The notes under the pieces were generated by a model. It was not told the DNA's origin. It saw nothing but the letters and a program-made list of their open reading frames with translations, and ran no database searches. A stretch of DNA of 64,000 nt from the NCBI GenBank assembly GCA_963702895.1, contig OY969767.1, positions 1,536,001 to 1,600,000 of the forward strand, written 5' to 3'. This document shows positions 9,054 to 18,586 of the stretch, one piece after another (position 1 is the stretch's first letter; every line of letters begins with the position of its first letter). Source of the DNA: an uncultured Elusimicrobia bacterium. Lineage in GTDB: Bacteria > Elusimicrobiota > Elusimicrobia > 2-01-FULL-59-12. Position numbers and translations under genes: made by a program.

Positions 9054-10373
9054 ATGGAATCAATCCCGAGGCAATTCATTGCAGACCTTTCGACATGGAA
9101 GAGAGGCCCTAACCGCAAGCCGCTGTTGATCCGGGGGGCGCGCCAGGTTGGAAAGACGTGGGCTGTTCAAGAATGGTGCCGGCAGGAATCCCTTCAATTA
9201 ATCACGATTAATTTCGAAGAGCAGCCGCGTTTTGCCGCTTTGTTTGAAAGTGATCTCGACGTGGATCGCATCGCGAACGAGATTTCGCTGGCTTTTAATG
9301 CCTCGCTGGGTGACCCCAACATCGTCCTATTCTTTGATGAGATCCAGCGCGCGCCGAAAGCGATCACAGCGCTTCGGTATTTTTATGAAAAACGCCCCGA
9401 ATTGATTGTCGTCGCGGCGGGTTCCTTGATTGAATTTGTTTTAGAGGAACAAGGCATTCCCGTCGGGCGCGTTCAGTCCAAATTTCTCTACCCCCTTTCA
9501 TTCGCCGAGTTTCTGGGTGCGATTGGCAAGGACCGTCTGGCTCAAGTCATACGAGCGTTTGACCCTTCAAAACCCCGCCCCATTTCGGACTTCATTCACC
9601 AAGAACTTCTCTCCTGCCTCAAGCTCTATTACCGTATTGGGGGAATGCCCAAGGTCGTCTCTGCTTACCTGGCCCATCGCGACATGCGCGCCGTGGCCAT
9701 CGAGCAGGCCACGCTCGTTCGCGGGTACATGGACGACTTCAGGAAATATGCGAGAAAATCAGATTGGGCCCTGCTGGAAACGATCTTCCTGAAAATGGGA
9801 ATGATCGCCGGAGGACCTCAAGTGAAGTTCGCGAGCATCGACACTCAGTCCAAATCCACGCAGGTGCGCCGCGCGCTCCTCGCGCTCGAACAGGCCCTGA
9901 TCGTTCACAAAATTCGTCCGGTTCACACAACCAAACTGCCGTTGGCCGCTCACGCGCTCGATAAGGGATTCAAAGTGGCTTTTCTGGATATTGGCCTGCT
10001 CCATCACCTGCTGGGGTTCGACTGGACTCTGGTCAATCATGAGGCGGATCTTACGGATATTGCCGACGGTCGGTTCGCCGAGCAATTCGTAGCGCAGGAA
10101 ATCGTGGCCGCACGATCAGATCTGAGTCATTATCCCCTGCACTACTGGAGCCGGCCGCGCGCCGGATCGGAGGCCGAGGTCGATTTTGTGATCGAGCACC
10201 AAAATGGTCCTGCGCCCGTTGAAGTGAAAAGCGGGTTGAAAGGCCGGCTTCGAAGCCTCCATCTCTATCTCAAGGAATTGCATCCTACGGCCGCCTTCGT
10301 CCTTTCTCAACGAAGTGTGGAACAATCCGACTTCATAACCTTCCTGCCTTTGTACCTGGCTTCGAGACTCTGA
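9054..10373 (+). CDS. AAA_14 ATPase with DUF4143 domain, paralog 2 (long type)
   Basis: GARQVGKT, FFDEIQ, AAGSL, GGMP, FLDIGLL, EQFVAQE, AEVDFV...PVEVKSG. Confidence 0.9.
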   Translation: MESIPRQFIADLSTWKRGPNRKPLLIRGARQVGKTWAVQEWCRQESLQLITINFEEQPRFAALFESDLDVDRIANEISLAFNASLGDPNIVLFFDEIQRAPKAITALRYFYEKRPELIVVAAGSLIEFVLEEQGIPVGRVQSKFLYPLSFAEFLGAIGKDRLAQVIRAFDPSKPRPISDFIHQELLSCLKLYYRIGGMPKVVSAYLAHRDMRAVAIEQATLVRGYMDDFRKYARKSDWALLETIFLKMGMIAGGPQVKFASIDTQSKSTQVRRALLALEQALIVHKIRPVHTTKLPLAAHALDKGFKVAFLDIGLLHHLLGFDWTLVNHEADLTDIADGRFAEQFVAQEIVAARSDLSHYPLHYWSRPRAGSEAEVDFVIEHQNGPAPVEVKSGLKGRLRSLHLYLKELHPTAAFVLSQRSVEQSDFITFLPLYLASRL

Positions 10374-10491
10374 GGGGAGCGACGATCGTCCGATCGGTGG
10401 CGCATCGACGTGAAAATGCAGAGTACTCCCAATCCGGTGTCCCCGCGCATATCGTGGGCCGCTCTTCAACCTTGGTAGAATACAGATCGAC

Positions 10492-12471
10492 ATGCCATAT
10501 TCGAGCCCTTTTTCAGTGAGGTCGCAGCGGTTGCAGATTGTCCGGCTGCTGCTCTGGCTGTGTCTGGTTCCGCTTGTTTCTTCGGCCGAAACGCGGGAGG
10601 CTCCCTGCCGGGCGTACGTGGGGACCTATACCGGTCAAGGCAGTCAGGGTATATACACCTTCGATCTTGACCCGCAGACAGGTCAAGCCGGTCCGGTGAG
10701 TCTTGCGGCGGCGACGGAGAATCCGTCCTTTCTCGCGCTGGACCGGAAGGGTGAGTTTCTCTATGCCGTGAACGAACTGGACCTCTTCCAGGGAGCGCCC
10801 ACCGGCTCCGTGAGCGTCTTTGCCATCGCCCGAGACTCCGGCACCCTCGAACCCGTGCAACAAATCCCCTCGCATGGCGCCGCGCCAGCCCACTTATCCG
10901 TCGATGCGTCAAACAGATTCTTGTTCGTGGCCAATTACAACGGAGGGAACGTGGCGGTTTTCCCTATTGAGCGCAAAGGACGCTTAGGCCCGCACTCCGC
11001 GTTGGCGCAGGAGTCCGGGTCAAGCGTTAACCCGAAACGTCAATCAGGACCCCATGCTCATTTCATTCAGGCAGCCCGCGACAATCGATTCGTTCTCAGC
11101 GCGAACCTGGGGTTAGACAAGCTTTTTGTGTACAGGTTCGACGCGTCCACGGGGTCTCTCGCCCCCGGTGACCCGCCGTTCGTTCGGGTCGAACCCGGCG
11201 CGGGACCGCGGCATGTGGCTTTTGGACCTTTAGACAAGTATGTTTATGTGCTCAATGAACTGGGGTCGACCGTTGCGGCTTATTCCTTCAACGTGGACTC
11301 CGGAACTCTGCAGCACGTGCAAACACTCTCCACGCTCCCGAAAGACTTCACGGGCACGAACACCGCGGCGGAGATCCAGGTGGACGCGAAAGGCCGTTTC
11401 CTTTATGTATCAAACCGGGGACATGACAGTCTAGGGGTCTTCAGCATCCACCCTGATAGCGGAACGCTCAAGTCCGTTCAGTGGGTTTCAAGCGGAGGGA
11501 AGACGCCCCGTCACTTCACCTTCGAGCCGAGTGGAAAATGGCTGCTGGCTGCCAATCAGGATTCCAATACGATTAAGACCTTCCAAGTCGATCCCGAAAG
11601 TGGACGGCTCTCGGCGATGCAGGGAGTGATCCAAGCGCCGTATCCCGTCTTCGTCGGCTTCGTGCCCCCGGCCGAAGTCATCATCTCCACAGAAGTCGCG
11701 GCGGTCCTGCCATCCGCCCAGGAAGAAGTCGGCAATGACCCGACGAGGCTTCGCTCCCGGTTCGAACTGGGAGATGAATATTTAAACAATTCGGGAGGGC
11801 CGGATTGGCATTTGTTGACCGCGCGCATTGACGGGGCCCTAAACCCCAAGCTCGCTTTTCGCTTGGACATTCCCTATATGTTTCTGATCCCAAGAGGATA
11901 CCCGCACGAGAAGGATCGCGGGTTGGCCGATGTCATGTTTCGCAGTTCGGCTGTCTTAAAAAAGACAGCCCGAGCTGGCTTTACCGGAGTTTGCGATTTT
12001 TGGTTCGACACCGCAGAATCTGTGGATTTTGGACGTGGGAAGTACAGCGCCGCACCCGGGCTTGCGGTCGCCCTCATGAACCCCTATAAGGACGTGATGC
12101 TCACAGGCTTTGTTCATCATAAGTTTTCATTCGCGGGAGATCCTTCCCGAACCGACATCAGCCGGACAAAATTGCAAGTCACCATGGACAAATCTTTTAG
12201 CGAGCGCTATTGGTTGATCCTCGATCCTATGATGTATGTGGACTGGGTCAACCACGGACGCACCGCCGCTGTCCTCGAATTAGAAACCGGGGCGCGGATG
12301 GGTCAGCATTGGAGTTTGTGGGCCCGCCCCGGTATTGGCCTCTGGGGACAAGAGATCTCCGGCGGGTACAATTCTTATCTTCAGGCAGGGGTGCGTTATA
12401 TGTTTGGCAAACCTGTCCGGGAACAGATCTTGAAGCAATGGGGACTTCTCAAGCCAAAGTCCAATCGTTGA
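10492..12471 (+). CDS. Exported lactonase (6-phosphogluconolactonase-like beta-propeller) fused to a putative outer-membrane beta-barrel
   Basis: Signal peptide; YVGTYT, NPSFL, ANYNGG, PHAH, GAGPRH, YVSNRGHDS, TPRHF, ANQDSN. The last ~250 aa start GNDPTRL, have alternating beta-strand patterning and end near GVRYMF. Confidence 0.8.
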   Translation: MPYSSPFSVRSQRLQIVRLLLWLCLVPLVSSAETREAPCRAYVGTYTGQGSQGIYTFDLDPQTGQAGPVSLAAATENPSFLALDRKGEFLYAVNELDLFQGAPTGSVSVFAIARDSGTLEPVQQIPSHGAAPAHLSVDASNRFLFVANYNGGNVAVFPIERKGRLGPHSALAQESGSSVNPKRQSGPHAHFIQAARDNRFVLSANLGLDKLFVYRFDASTGSLAPGDPPFVRVEPGAGPRHVAFGPLDKYVYVLNELGSTVAAYSFNVDSGTLQHVQTLSTLPKDFTGTNTAAEIQVDAKGRFLYVSNRGHDSLGVFSIHPDSGTLKSVQWVSSGGKTPRHFTFEPSGKWLLAANQDSNTIKTFQVDPESGRLSAMQGVIQAPYPVFVGFVPPAEVIISTEVAAVLPSAQEEVGNDPTRLRSRFELGDEYLNNSGGPDWHLLTARIDGALNPKLAFRLDIPYMFLIPRGYPHEKDRGLADVMFRSSAVLKKTARAGFTGVCDFWFDTAESVDFGRGKYSAAPGLAVALMNPYKDVMLTGFVHHKFSFAGDPSRTDISRTKLQVTMDKSFSERYWLILDPMMYVDWVNHGRTAAVLELETGARMGQHWSLWARPGIGLWGQEISGGYNSYLQAGVRYMFGKPVREQILKQWGLLKPKSNR

Positions 12472-12502
12472 AGCTGGGGTGGCTATCCAAAACTCTCTAA
12501 GT

Positions 12503-12590
12503 CGTCACCCCGGCGGCCGTCAGCCGGGGTCTATCACCGACGTTAAGACATTATGGATCCCCCCCTTACGACCGGGGGGGGATGACAGCA
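12503..12590. repeat. REP-like paired-hairpin element (core of the MITE family)
   Basis: cgtcaccccggc..gccggggtcta...tggatcccc..cggggggggatgac; same core at 33875, 38460 (inverted), 48828 and 52524. Confidence 0.8.
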
Positions 12591-12660
12591 TAAGAAAGCG
12601 CAGAATGGCTGGACGATTAAGTGCGTCAAATTAAGTGCACCAAAAGGAGTATTTTCGGCT

Positions 12661-13440
12661 ATGAAAAACGAAAATGAGCGGGAGTCCCCGTGGGCTTTAT
12701 TTTTTTCCGAGCTGATTGGAACGGCGCTGCTCGTCCTGGTGGGCCTGTCGCTCGTGATCATGATGTTTGGGACCGGGACCCCGATGGCGAACCTCATCCC
12801 GAGCGAAGGGGCGCGGCGCTTAATTACTGGCTTTCTCTTTGGCACGACCGGCGCCTTGATTGCCCTCTCAGCAGTGGGTCGGATCAGTGGGGCCCATATC
12901 AACCCTGTGGTGACGCTCGCCTTCCGGCTCATGGGCAAACTCGACCTGCGTACGACGCTTGGCTATGTCGTGGCGCAGCTTATGGGCGCAGTGCTGGGAT
13001 GCTTGCCGCTTCTTGCTTGGGGACCCATGGGAGAAAGTGTGATCTTCGGGGCGACTGTACCTGGTGTGGGATATGCCACGGGCACGGTCTTCATGGGAGA
13101 GGTGGTGACGACTTTCACCATGGTGACACTCTTGGCTCTGTTCTTAGGGTATCGAAAGATACGCCCCTTTACCCCTGCCCTTTTCCCTCCGCTTTATGCC
13201 CTGATGGTGTGGCTCGAGGCGCCGATCTCGGGGACAAGCACCAACCCGGCCCGGAGCTTCGGACCTTCCGTAATCTCCGGGCAATGGCAAGGAGGTTGGA
13301 TCTATTGGATCGGTCCAATGGTTGGAATGTTCCTTGCTGTCCTGGCATGCAGTCTTCTCGCCAAGCGCATTGAAGTCGCGAAGCTCTATCACTTTGACAG
13401 CGACCGTGACCGCCTCTTCCGCCGCGTCTCTAAACCCTAG
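12661..13440 (+). CDS. MIP-family aquaporin
   Basis: SGAHINPVVT and GTSTNPARSFGP motifs; hydrophobic helices; WIYWIGP. Confidence 0.93.
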   Translation: MKNENERESPWALFFSELIGTALLVLVGLSLVIMMFGTGTPMANLIPSEGARRLITGFLFGTTGALIALSAVGRISGAHINPVVTLAFRLMGKLDLRTTLGYVVAQLMGAVLGCLPLLAWGPMGESVIFGATVPGVGYATGTVFMGEVVTTFTMVTLLALFLGYRKIRPFTPALFPPLYALMVWLEAPISGTSTNPARSFGPSVISGQWQGGWIYWIGPMVGMFLAVLACSLLAKRIEVAKLYHFDSDRDRLFRRVSKP

Positions 13441-13553
13441 ATACTACTGGAAGAGCATCTTCGCAAAGAATTTCTTGTCTAACCTAATGGGCTTTCTGTT
13501 ATTATGACTTAGATTCATCCCCAGGTTATTCAAAACCAGTCGAGGAGGCTCCC

Positions 13554-15263
13554 GTGGAAAGCAAAGCATCTATAACACAAAAGAAGGTCATCATTGTCGG
13601 TGGAGTGGCGGGCGGCGCGTCCTGCGCGGCGCGTTTGCGCCGATTGGATGAGAACGCGGAGATCCTCATGGTGGAACGGGGACCCTACGTGTCCTACGCC
13701 AACTGCGGACTTCCTTACCACATCGGCGGCGTGATCGAAAAAGAATCCGCGCTGTTTGTTGCCGACGAATCGACCTTTCGCCACATGTTCGCCATCGATG
13801 TGCGGACCCAGTGCGAAGCGGTGGGCATCAACACCGCGAAAAAGACAGTCGATCTCAAAGATTTGAAGACCGGCAAGATCACGACGGAATCGTATGACAA
13901 ACTTGTGATCTCTCCCGGAGCGGCCCCGATCCGCCCTCCGCTGCCCGGATTCGATCTTCCCGGTATCTTTACACTCCGAACGGTTCCGGATACCCGTGCC
14001 ATCAAGGCATGGCTCTCTCGCAAGGATCCCCCGGGCATGGATTCGTATACAGGATGCCAGACCCTGACCCAGGCCAAACATGCCGTCGTGATCGGCGGCG
14101 GGTTCATCGGCCTCGAAATGGTGGAAAACCTGGTTCATTTGGGGGTTGAAGTGACTCTGGTGGAGAAGATGAATCAGGTCATGCCTCCGCTCGATGTCGA
14201 AATGGCGCTTCTGGTCCGCCAGCGGCTCGAAAAGAACAGTGTCAAAGTCGTTTTGAATGACGGCGTGGCGGGCTTCAAGCAGCTTCCTGACGGTTCACTT
14301 GAGGTGCTGACGGAATCCGGCAAACCCCATCACGCCGATATCGTCATATCGGCCATTGGCGTCAAGCCTGAACTCGCGCTGGCGAAGATGGCGGGCCTCA
14401 CCGTCGGCGAACGCGGCGGGATCCGGGTGGACGACCATATGCGCACGAGCAACCCGGACATCTTCGCTGTGGGCGACGCCGTGGAAGTCAAAGACTTCGT
14501 CACGGGAGAATGGACGCTCATACCGCTCGCGGGGCCGGCCAACCGGCAGGGACGGATCGCGGCCGACGTCATCTGCGGACGGGAATCCCGTTACCGCGGT
14601 ACACAAGGCACCTCCATCTGTCTGGTCTTTGGCGCCGCTGTGGCTTCGACCGGCGCGAGCGAGAAGCAGCTGATCAAAGCCGGAGACAAAGATTTCGAAA
14701 AGATCTACCTCTACCCCAATTCGCACGCGGGCTATTATCCGGGCGCGAAAATGCTCGCGATTAAGGTGATCTTCCGGAAATCGAACGGAAAACTCCTGGG
14801 CGCGCAGGTGCTGGGGGATGACGGCGTGACCAAGCGCATCGACTCCTTCGCGATGGCGATCCAGATGGGCTGTACCGTCTACGACCTGGAAGAATCCGAG
14901 CTGTGCTACGCGCCACCCTTCGGAAGCGCGAAGGACCCGGTCAACTTTGCCGGCATGGTTGCCGCCAATATCCTTAAAGGAGATATGCCGGTCGCTCATT
15001 GGAATCAGCTGGATGGGGCGCTGCTTCTTGATGTGCGCAATCCGCCGGAGCTGGCCGTGGAGAGCGTGCCGGGAGCGGTGAACATCCCGATGCCGGAACT
15101 GCGCTCGCGCTTAAAGGAGCTCCCAAAGGACCGCGAGATCCTCGTCATCTGCCGCTCGGCACAGCGCGCCTATTATTCGACACGAATTCTGTTGCAGAAC
15201 GGGTTCAGAGCGAAGAACTTATCAGGTGGCATGTTGTCCCGATCGATCGTGCTGCCGAAATAA
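13554..15263 (+). CDS. CoA-disulfide reductase-like FAD/NAD(P)H oxidoreductase with C-terminal rhodanese domain
   Basis: GGVAGGASCA, SYANCGLPY redox Cys, GGGFIGLE, AVGDA, YAPPF; rhodanese LDVR...ICRSAQR. Confidence 0.92.
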   Translation: MESKASITQKKVIIVGGVAGGASCAARLRRLDENAEILMVERGPYVSYANCGLPYHIGGVIEKESALFVADESTFRHMFAIDVRTQCEAVGINTAKKTVDLKDLKTGKITTESYDKLVISPGAAPIRPPLPGFDLPGIFTLRTVPDTRAIKAWLSRKDPPGMDSYTGCQTLTQAKHAVVIGGGFIGLEMVENLVHLGVEVTLVEKMNQVMPPLDVEMALLVRQRLEKNSVKVVLNDGVAGFKQLPDGSLEVLTESGKPHHADIVISAIGVKPELALAKMAGLTVGERGGIRVDDHMRTSNPDIFAVGDAVEVKDFVTGEWTLIPLAGPANRQGRIAADVICGRESRYRGTQGTSICLVFGAAVASTGASEKQLIKAGDKDFEKIYLYPNSHAGYYPGAKMLAIKVIFRKSNGKLLGAQVLGDDGVTKRIDSFAMAIQMGCTVYDLEESELCYAPPFGSAKDPVNFAGMVAANILKGDMPVAHWNQLDGALLLDVRNPPELAVESVPGAVNIPMPELRSRLKELPKDREILVICRSAQRAYYSTRILLQNGFRAKNLSGGMLSRSIVLPK

Positions 15264-15365
15264 AGGGTCGGGAATCGATAGATTTGTCCAGGCGACCGGG
15301 CCTGCCTTCAAACAAATCAACATCACCACCGGTCCGGTGATGCAAAAAGTTAAAAGGAGAAAATT

Positions 15366-15764
15366 ATGAGAAAGAAATTGATGGATATGAAACCAGTCGA
15401 CGACATCGTCACACAAAAAACACCGGGCCTCAAGATTTGGGAGGAGAACTGGGGCGGCATGCAGTGCGCCTACCACATCTTTGCCCCGGGCACAGATTTC
15501 ACAGAGATTCTGGCGGGGAAGGGATTCCCGCACGATCTGTGTGGGGTTGAACACTGGGCTTACGTTTTGAAGGGCACGTTGAGGGTCATCTACCTTGATG
15601 GGAAAGAAGACGTTTGCCGCGCTGGGGAAGCATGCTACTGGCCAGCTCCGCACAACTTCATCTCTGAGGAAGGGGCCGAAATCATCCAGTTCAGCCACGC
15701 GGGCGGCTTGGCCGCGCAAGCCAAGATAGCCGAGGAGTTTTTCAAGAATAAGATGAAGAAATAA
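15366..15764 (+). CDS. Cupin-like protein, tandem copy 1
   Basis: CGVEHWAYVLKGTLRVIY..G.E...AGEACYWPAPH cupin motifs; AGGAG RBS. Confidence 0.75.
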   Translation: MRKKLMDMKPVDDIVTQKTPGLKIWEENWGGMQCAYHIFAPGTDFTEILAGKGFPHDLCGVEHWAYVLKGTLRVIYLDGKEDVCRAGEACYWPAPHNFISEEGAEIIQFSHAGGLAAQAKIAEEFFKNKMKK

Positions 15765-15912
15765 CTTGTGTTGTTGTTAAGCGTGGAGAGCGGATAACAG
15801 TGCGATCGATTCAAGTTGGCGTTCAGATTTGTACAGGCGACCGGGCCTGGTATCAAACAAATCATCCTCAATGCCGGTCCGGTGAGGCACAAACAAACCA
15901 AAGGAGAGAATT

Positions 15913-16311
15913 ATGAGAAAGAAATTGATGGATATGAAACCAGTCGACGACATCGTCACACAAAAAACCCCGGGCCTCAAGATTTGGGAGGAGAACTGGG
16001 GCGGCATGCAGGTCGCGTGCCACCACTTCGAACCGGGAACTGATTTCACGCAGATTCTGGCTGGGAAGGGACTACCGCACGATCTGTGCGGGGTTGAACA
16101 CTGGGCTTACGTTTTGAAGGGCACGTTGAGGGTTATCTACCTTGACGGGAAAGAAGACGTTTGCCGCGCCGGGGAAGCCTGCTACTGGCCGGCTCCGCAC
16201 AACTTCATCTCTGAGGAAGGGGCCGATATCCTCCAGTTCAGCCACGCGGGAGGCTTGGCTGCGCAAGCCAAGATAATCGATGCGTTTATCAAGAGTAAGA
16301 TGAAGAAATAA
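15913..16311 (+). CDS. Cupin-like protein, tandem copy 2
   Basis: Near-identical 132-aa paralog of 15366..15764 with a duplicated leader. Confidence 0.75.
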   Translation: MRKKLMDMKPVDDIVTQKTPGLKIWEENWGGMQVACHHFEPGTDFTQILAGKGLPHDLCGVEHWAYVLKGTLRVIYLDGKEDVCRAGEACYWPAPHNFISEEGADILQFSHAGGLAAQAKIIDAFIKSKMKK

Positions 16312-16348
16312 CGTTATTTGCACGTAAGTGTTGAGAAGTTTGAAGCAA

Positions 16349-16379
16349 CTGCAGGGCGTTCAATTTGAGCGCCCTGCAG
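16349..16379. other. Intergenic stem-loop (RNA stability/attenuation candidate)
   Basis: ctgcagggcgttcaa-t-ttgagcgccctgcag; no U-tract follows. Confidence 0.55.
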
Positions 16380-16416
16380 AAGATTTGGAGACTAAAAAAT
16401 AGGAGGAGAAAGTAAT

Positions 16417-17094
16417 ATGAAACTAAAAACAAATCCCACGCGTAGATTTCGCGCGACGAACATCCGCGGTGCTGCGTTCTGCGGCCTCGGTGCTTTCGTC
16501 GGCGTTGGCAAGACCCAGCGGGCGCACGTCTACTCGGCGAACACCCTGCCCGTCGGCCCGGACGACCATAAAAAAATCGACACCAAGAAATTGGCGGAAG
16601 AACTCGAAGTGGACATGTGCTTCGTTAACTCCGGGCGCTTCTGGATGATGGATGATATCGAGGTCGCCGCCGGAGACACGGTGGACTTTCATGGCGTCGG
16701 TATGAACTGGGTCGGCGACATGACCGGGGCCGAGATGGTCTCCCAGATGGAGAACGCCTATCTGCCGTCATTAATCAAGCGCGACACCATCTGGACCTTC
16801 AAGGCGGGCAAACCGCTGCATCTCCTGCGCGAGCCCGGCGGCCCGGTCTGGGTCCTGCAGGAATACACGAAGGTGGTTGATCCGAGCCTGACGCCCGACA
16901 ACCTCGACCAGTTGGGCAGCAAGCTGAAGAACCTTCCGAAAGGGTGGAAGTTCGAGACCAAGGTGCTGACCAAGGACCTGACGCTCGATACCGGCCGCTG
17001 CGGCGGCTGGGCGGCCATCATGCGCGACGACCTGCATTGCACCTATCAGGCCTGCGGCTACGGCAAGGACACCAGCGCTAATTATATTCCGTAA
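16417..17094 (+). CDS. Hypothetical protein
   Basis: 225 aa, strong AGGAGGAG RBS, GC-biased third codon positions. Confidence 0.75.
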   Translation: MKLKTNPTRRFRATNIRGAAFCGLGAFVGVGKTQRAHVYSANTLPVGPDDHKKIDTKKLAEELEVDMCFVNSGRFWMMDDIEVAAGDTVDFHGVGMNWVGDMTGAEMVSQMENAYLPSLIKRDTIWTFKAGKPLHLLREPGGPVWVLQEYTKVVDPSLTPDNLDQLGSKLKNLPKGWKFETKVLTKDLTLDTGRCGGWAAIMRDDLHCTYQACGYGKDTSANYIP

Positions 17095-17167
17095 CCCGGA
17101 TGACCAGCCGGATATACGTACGGAGGGTTCATCAGGATGCCCAACGACAGCCAGCACAGCTAAAGAG

Positions 17168-17734
17168 ATGACAAGCTCTCGCTCCATCACCGGAGGAGAG
17201 CGCGCAAGCGTTTCGACGTCACGGAAGCGTACGCTGTCGCCCGGCAATTTCATCAAAGTGGTTGCCAACGTCATGGCCTCAAGCCGAGTTCTTCTCGCAG
17301 CACTGCTGAGGCCGAAAATCCCGGCCGCGCTGCGTGAGAAGGTTTTCCTGGGCGTGACCTCGGTCACTAACTGCCGCTATTGCCAGTGGGGCCACACCCA
17401 CTGGGCCATGGCGCAGGGCGTGCCGCTGGAGGAGGTTAACCAGATCCTCGGCCAGCAGATCGGGGAACTGGAGGCAAAGAATCCGGCCGAGGCCGCGGCC
17501 ATTCTGTTCGCTCAGCACTGCGCGGAGAATATGGATCAGTTCGATCCGGCGTCTGTCGAATACTTGCGCCGGTATTACAGCGAGGCCCAGGTCGCCGAGA
17601 TCCTTGCCTACGTGCGCGTGATCACCCTTGGCAGCCTGACGGGCAACACCGTGGACGCGATTCTCGGCTATTTTCGTGCATTCCGCAGGTCGGGTGGGCC
17701 AGGTGACTCACAAGTCAACGAAAGAGGAGCCTAA
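17168..17734 (+). CDS. AhpD/carboxymuconolactone decarboxylase-like protein
   Basis: LREKVFLGVTSVTNCRYCQWGH (CxxC...H) motif. Confidence 0.8.
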   Translation: MTSSRSITGGERASVSTSRKRTLSPGNFIKVVANVMASSRVLLAALLRPKIPAALREKVFLGVTSVTNCRYCQWGHTHWAMAQGVPLEEVNQILGQQIGELEAKNPAEAAAILFAQHCAENMDQFDPASVEYLRRYYSEAQVAEILAYVRVITLGSLTGNTVDAILGYFRAFRRSGGPGDSQVNERGA

Positions 17735-17746
17735 AGGACGAATCCT

Positions 17747-18265
17747 ATGCGTGAACTCTCTAAAGATCTTCCCAAAGAAAAACAGACGGCGCTCGCCCTC
17801 TATGTGACAGCGAAGGATGCCTATGAAGCGTGGAAGGGAGATCCGGAGAAGGTGAAGATTATCGATGTCCGCACACCTGAGGAGTATCTCTTTGTCGGTC
17901 ATCCGACGATGGCCTGGAAGATCCCTGTCGCCGCTCAGTCCTATGAATGGGATGCCGAGAAGAAGCAGTTTCCGATGAAGCTGCTTCCCGATTTCGTCGC
18001 CCGGGTCAGCGAGGTGGCCAAGCACGACGACACGCTGATGGTGATGTGCCGCTCCGGTGGCCGAAGCGCCATGGCCGTGAATCTTCTCGCGAAGGCAGGT
18101 TTTAAGCAGGCGCACAACATCATTGATGGAATGGAAGGGGATGTCGTTACGGATGCTGACAGCGCGGTCAAAGGCCAGCGGGTCATTAACGGCTGGAAGA
18201 ATTCCGGGTGCCCATGGACGTACACCCTGACGCCTGAACGGATGATGCTGCCCAACGTCCAGTAA
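17747..18265 (+). CDS. Rhodanese-like sulfurtransferase
   Basis: IIDVRTPEEY..VGH, MCRSGGRS, GWKNSGCPW. Confidence 0.88.
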   Translation: MRELSKDLPKEKQTALALYVTAKDAYEAWKGDPEKVKIIDVRTPEEYLFVGHPTMAWKIPVAAQSYEWDAEKKQFPMKLLPDFVARVSEVAKHDDTLMVMCRSGGRSAMAVNLLAKAGFKQAHNIIDGMEGDVVTDADSAVKGQRVINGWKNSGCPWTYTLTPERMMLPNVQ

Positions 18266-18271
18266 AGGAGC

Positions 18272-18586
18272 ATGACCATGCAAGCCAACGAGCTGGTTCA
18301 AAGAATAAAATCGGGCCGCGCGCCCATCATCGTCGACGCACGCGGTGCGAACGAATACAAGATCGGCCACGTGCCGGGCGCCATCCGCGCGTCGGTTGTG
18401 AATATTTTGATGAAGAAAGTGAAATTCCCTGACGATAAAAACGTGGAAATGGTGGTTTACTGCATGCGCGGGGGGCGCGCCAGGATCGCCAGGGCGCTTC
18501 TGGCCCGGCAGGGGTTTTGCCGTCTTGATCTTCTTCAGGGAGATTGGCAGGAGTGGGTCAAGGCTGGCCTGCCTGTTGAAAAGTGA
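18272..18586 (+). CDS. Single-domain rhodanese
   Basis: IVDARGANEY..GHVPGA, VYCMRGGRA, WVKAGLPVE. Confidence 0.88.
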   Translation: MTMQANELVQRIKSGRAPIIVDARGANEYKIGHVPGAIRASVVNILMKKVKFPDDKNVEMVVYCMRGGRARIARALLARQGFCRLDLLQGDWQEWVKAGLPVEK

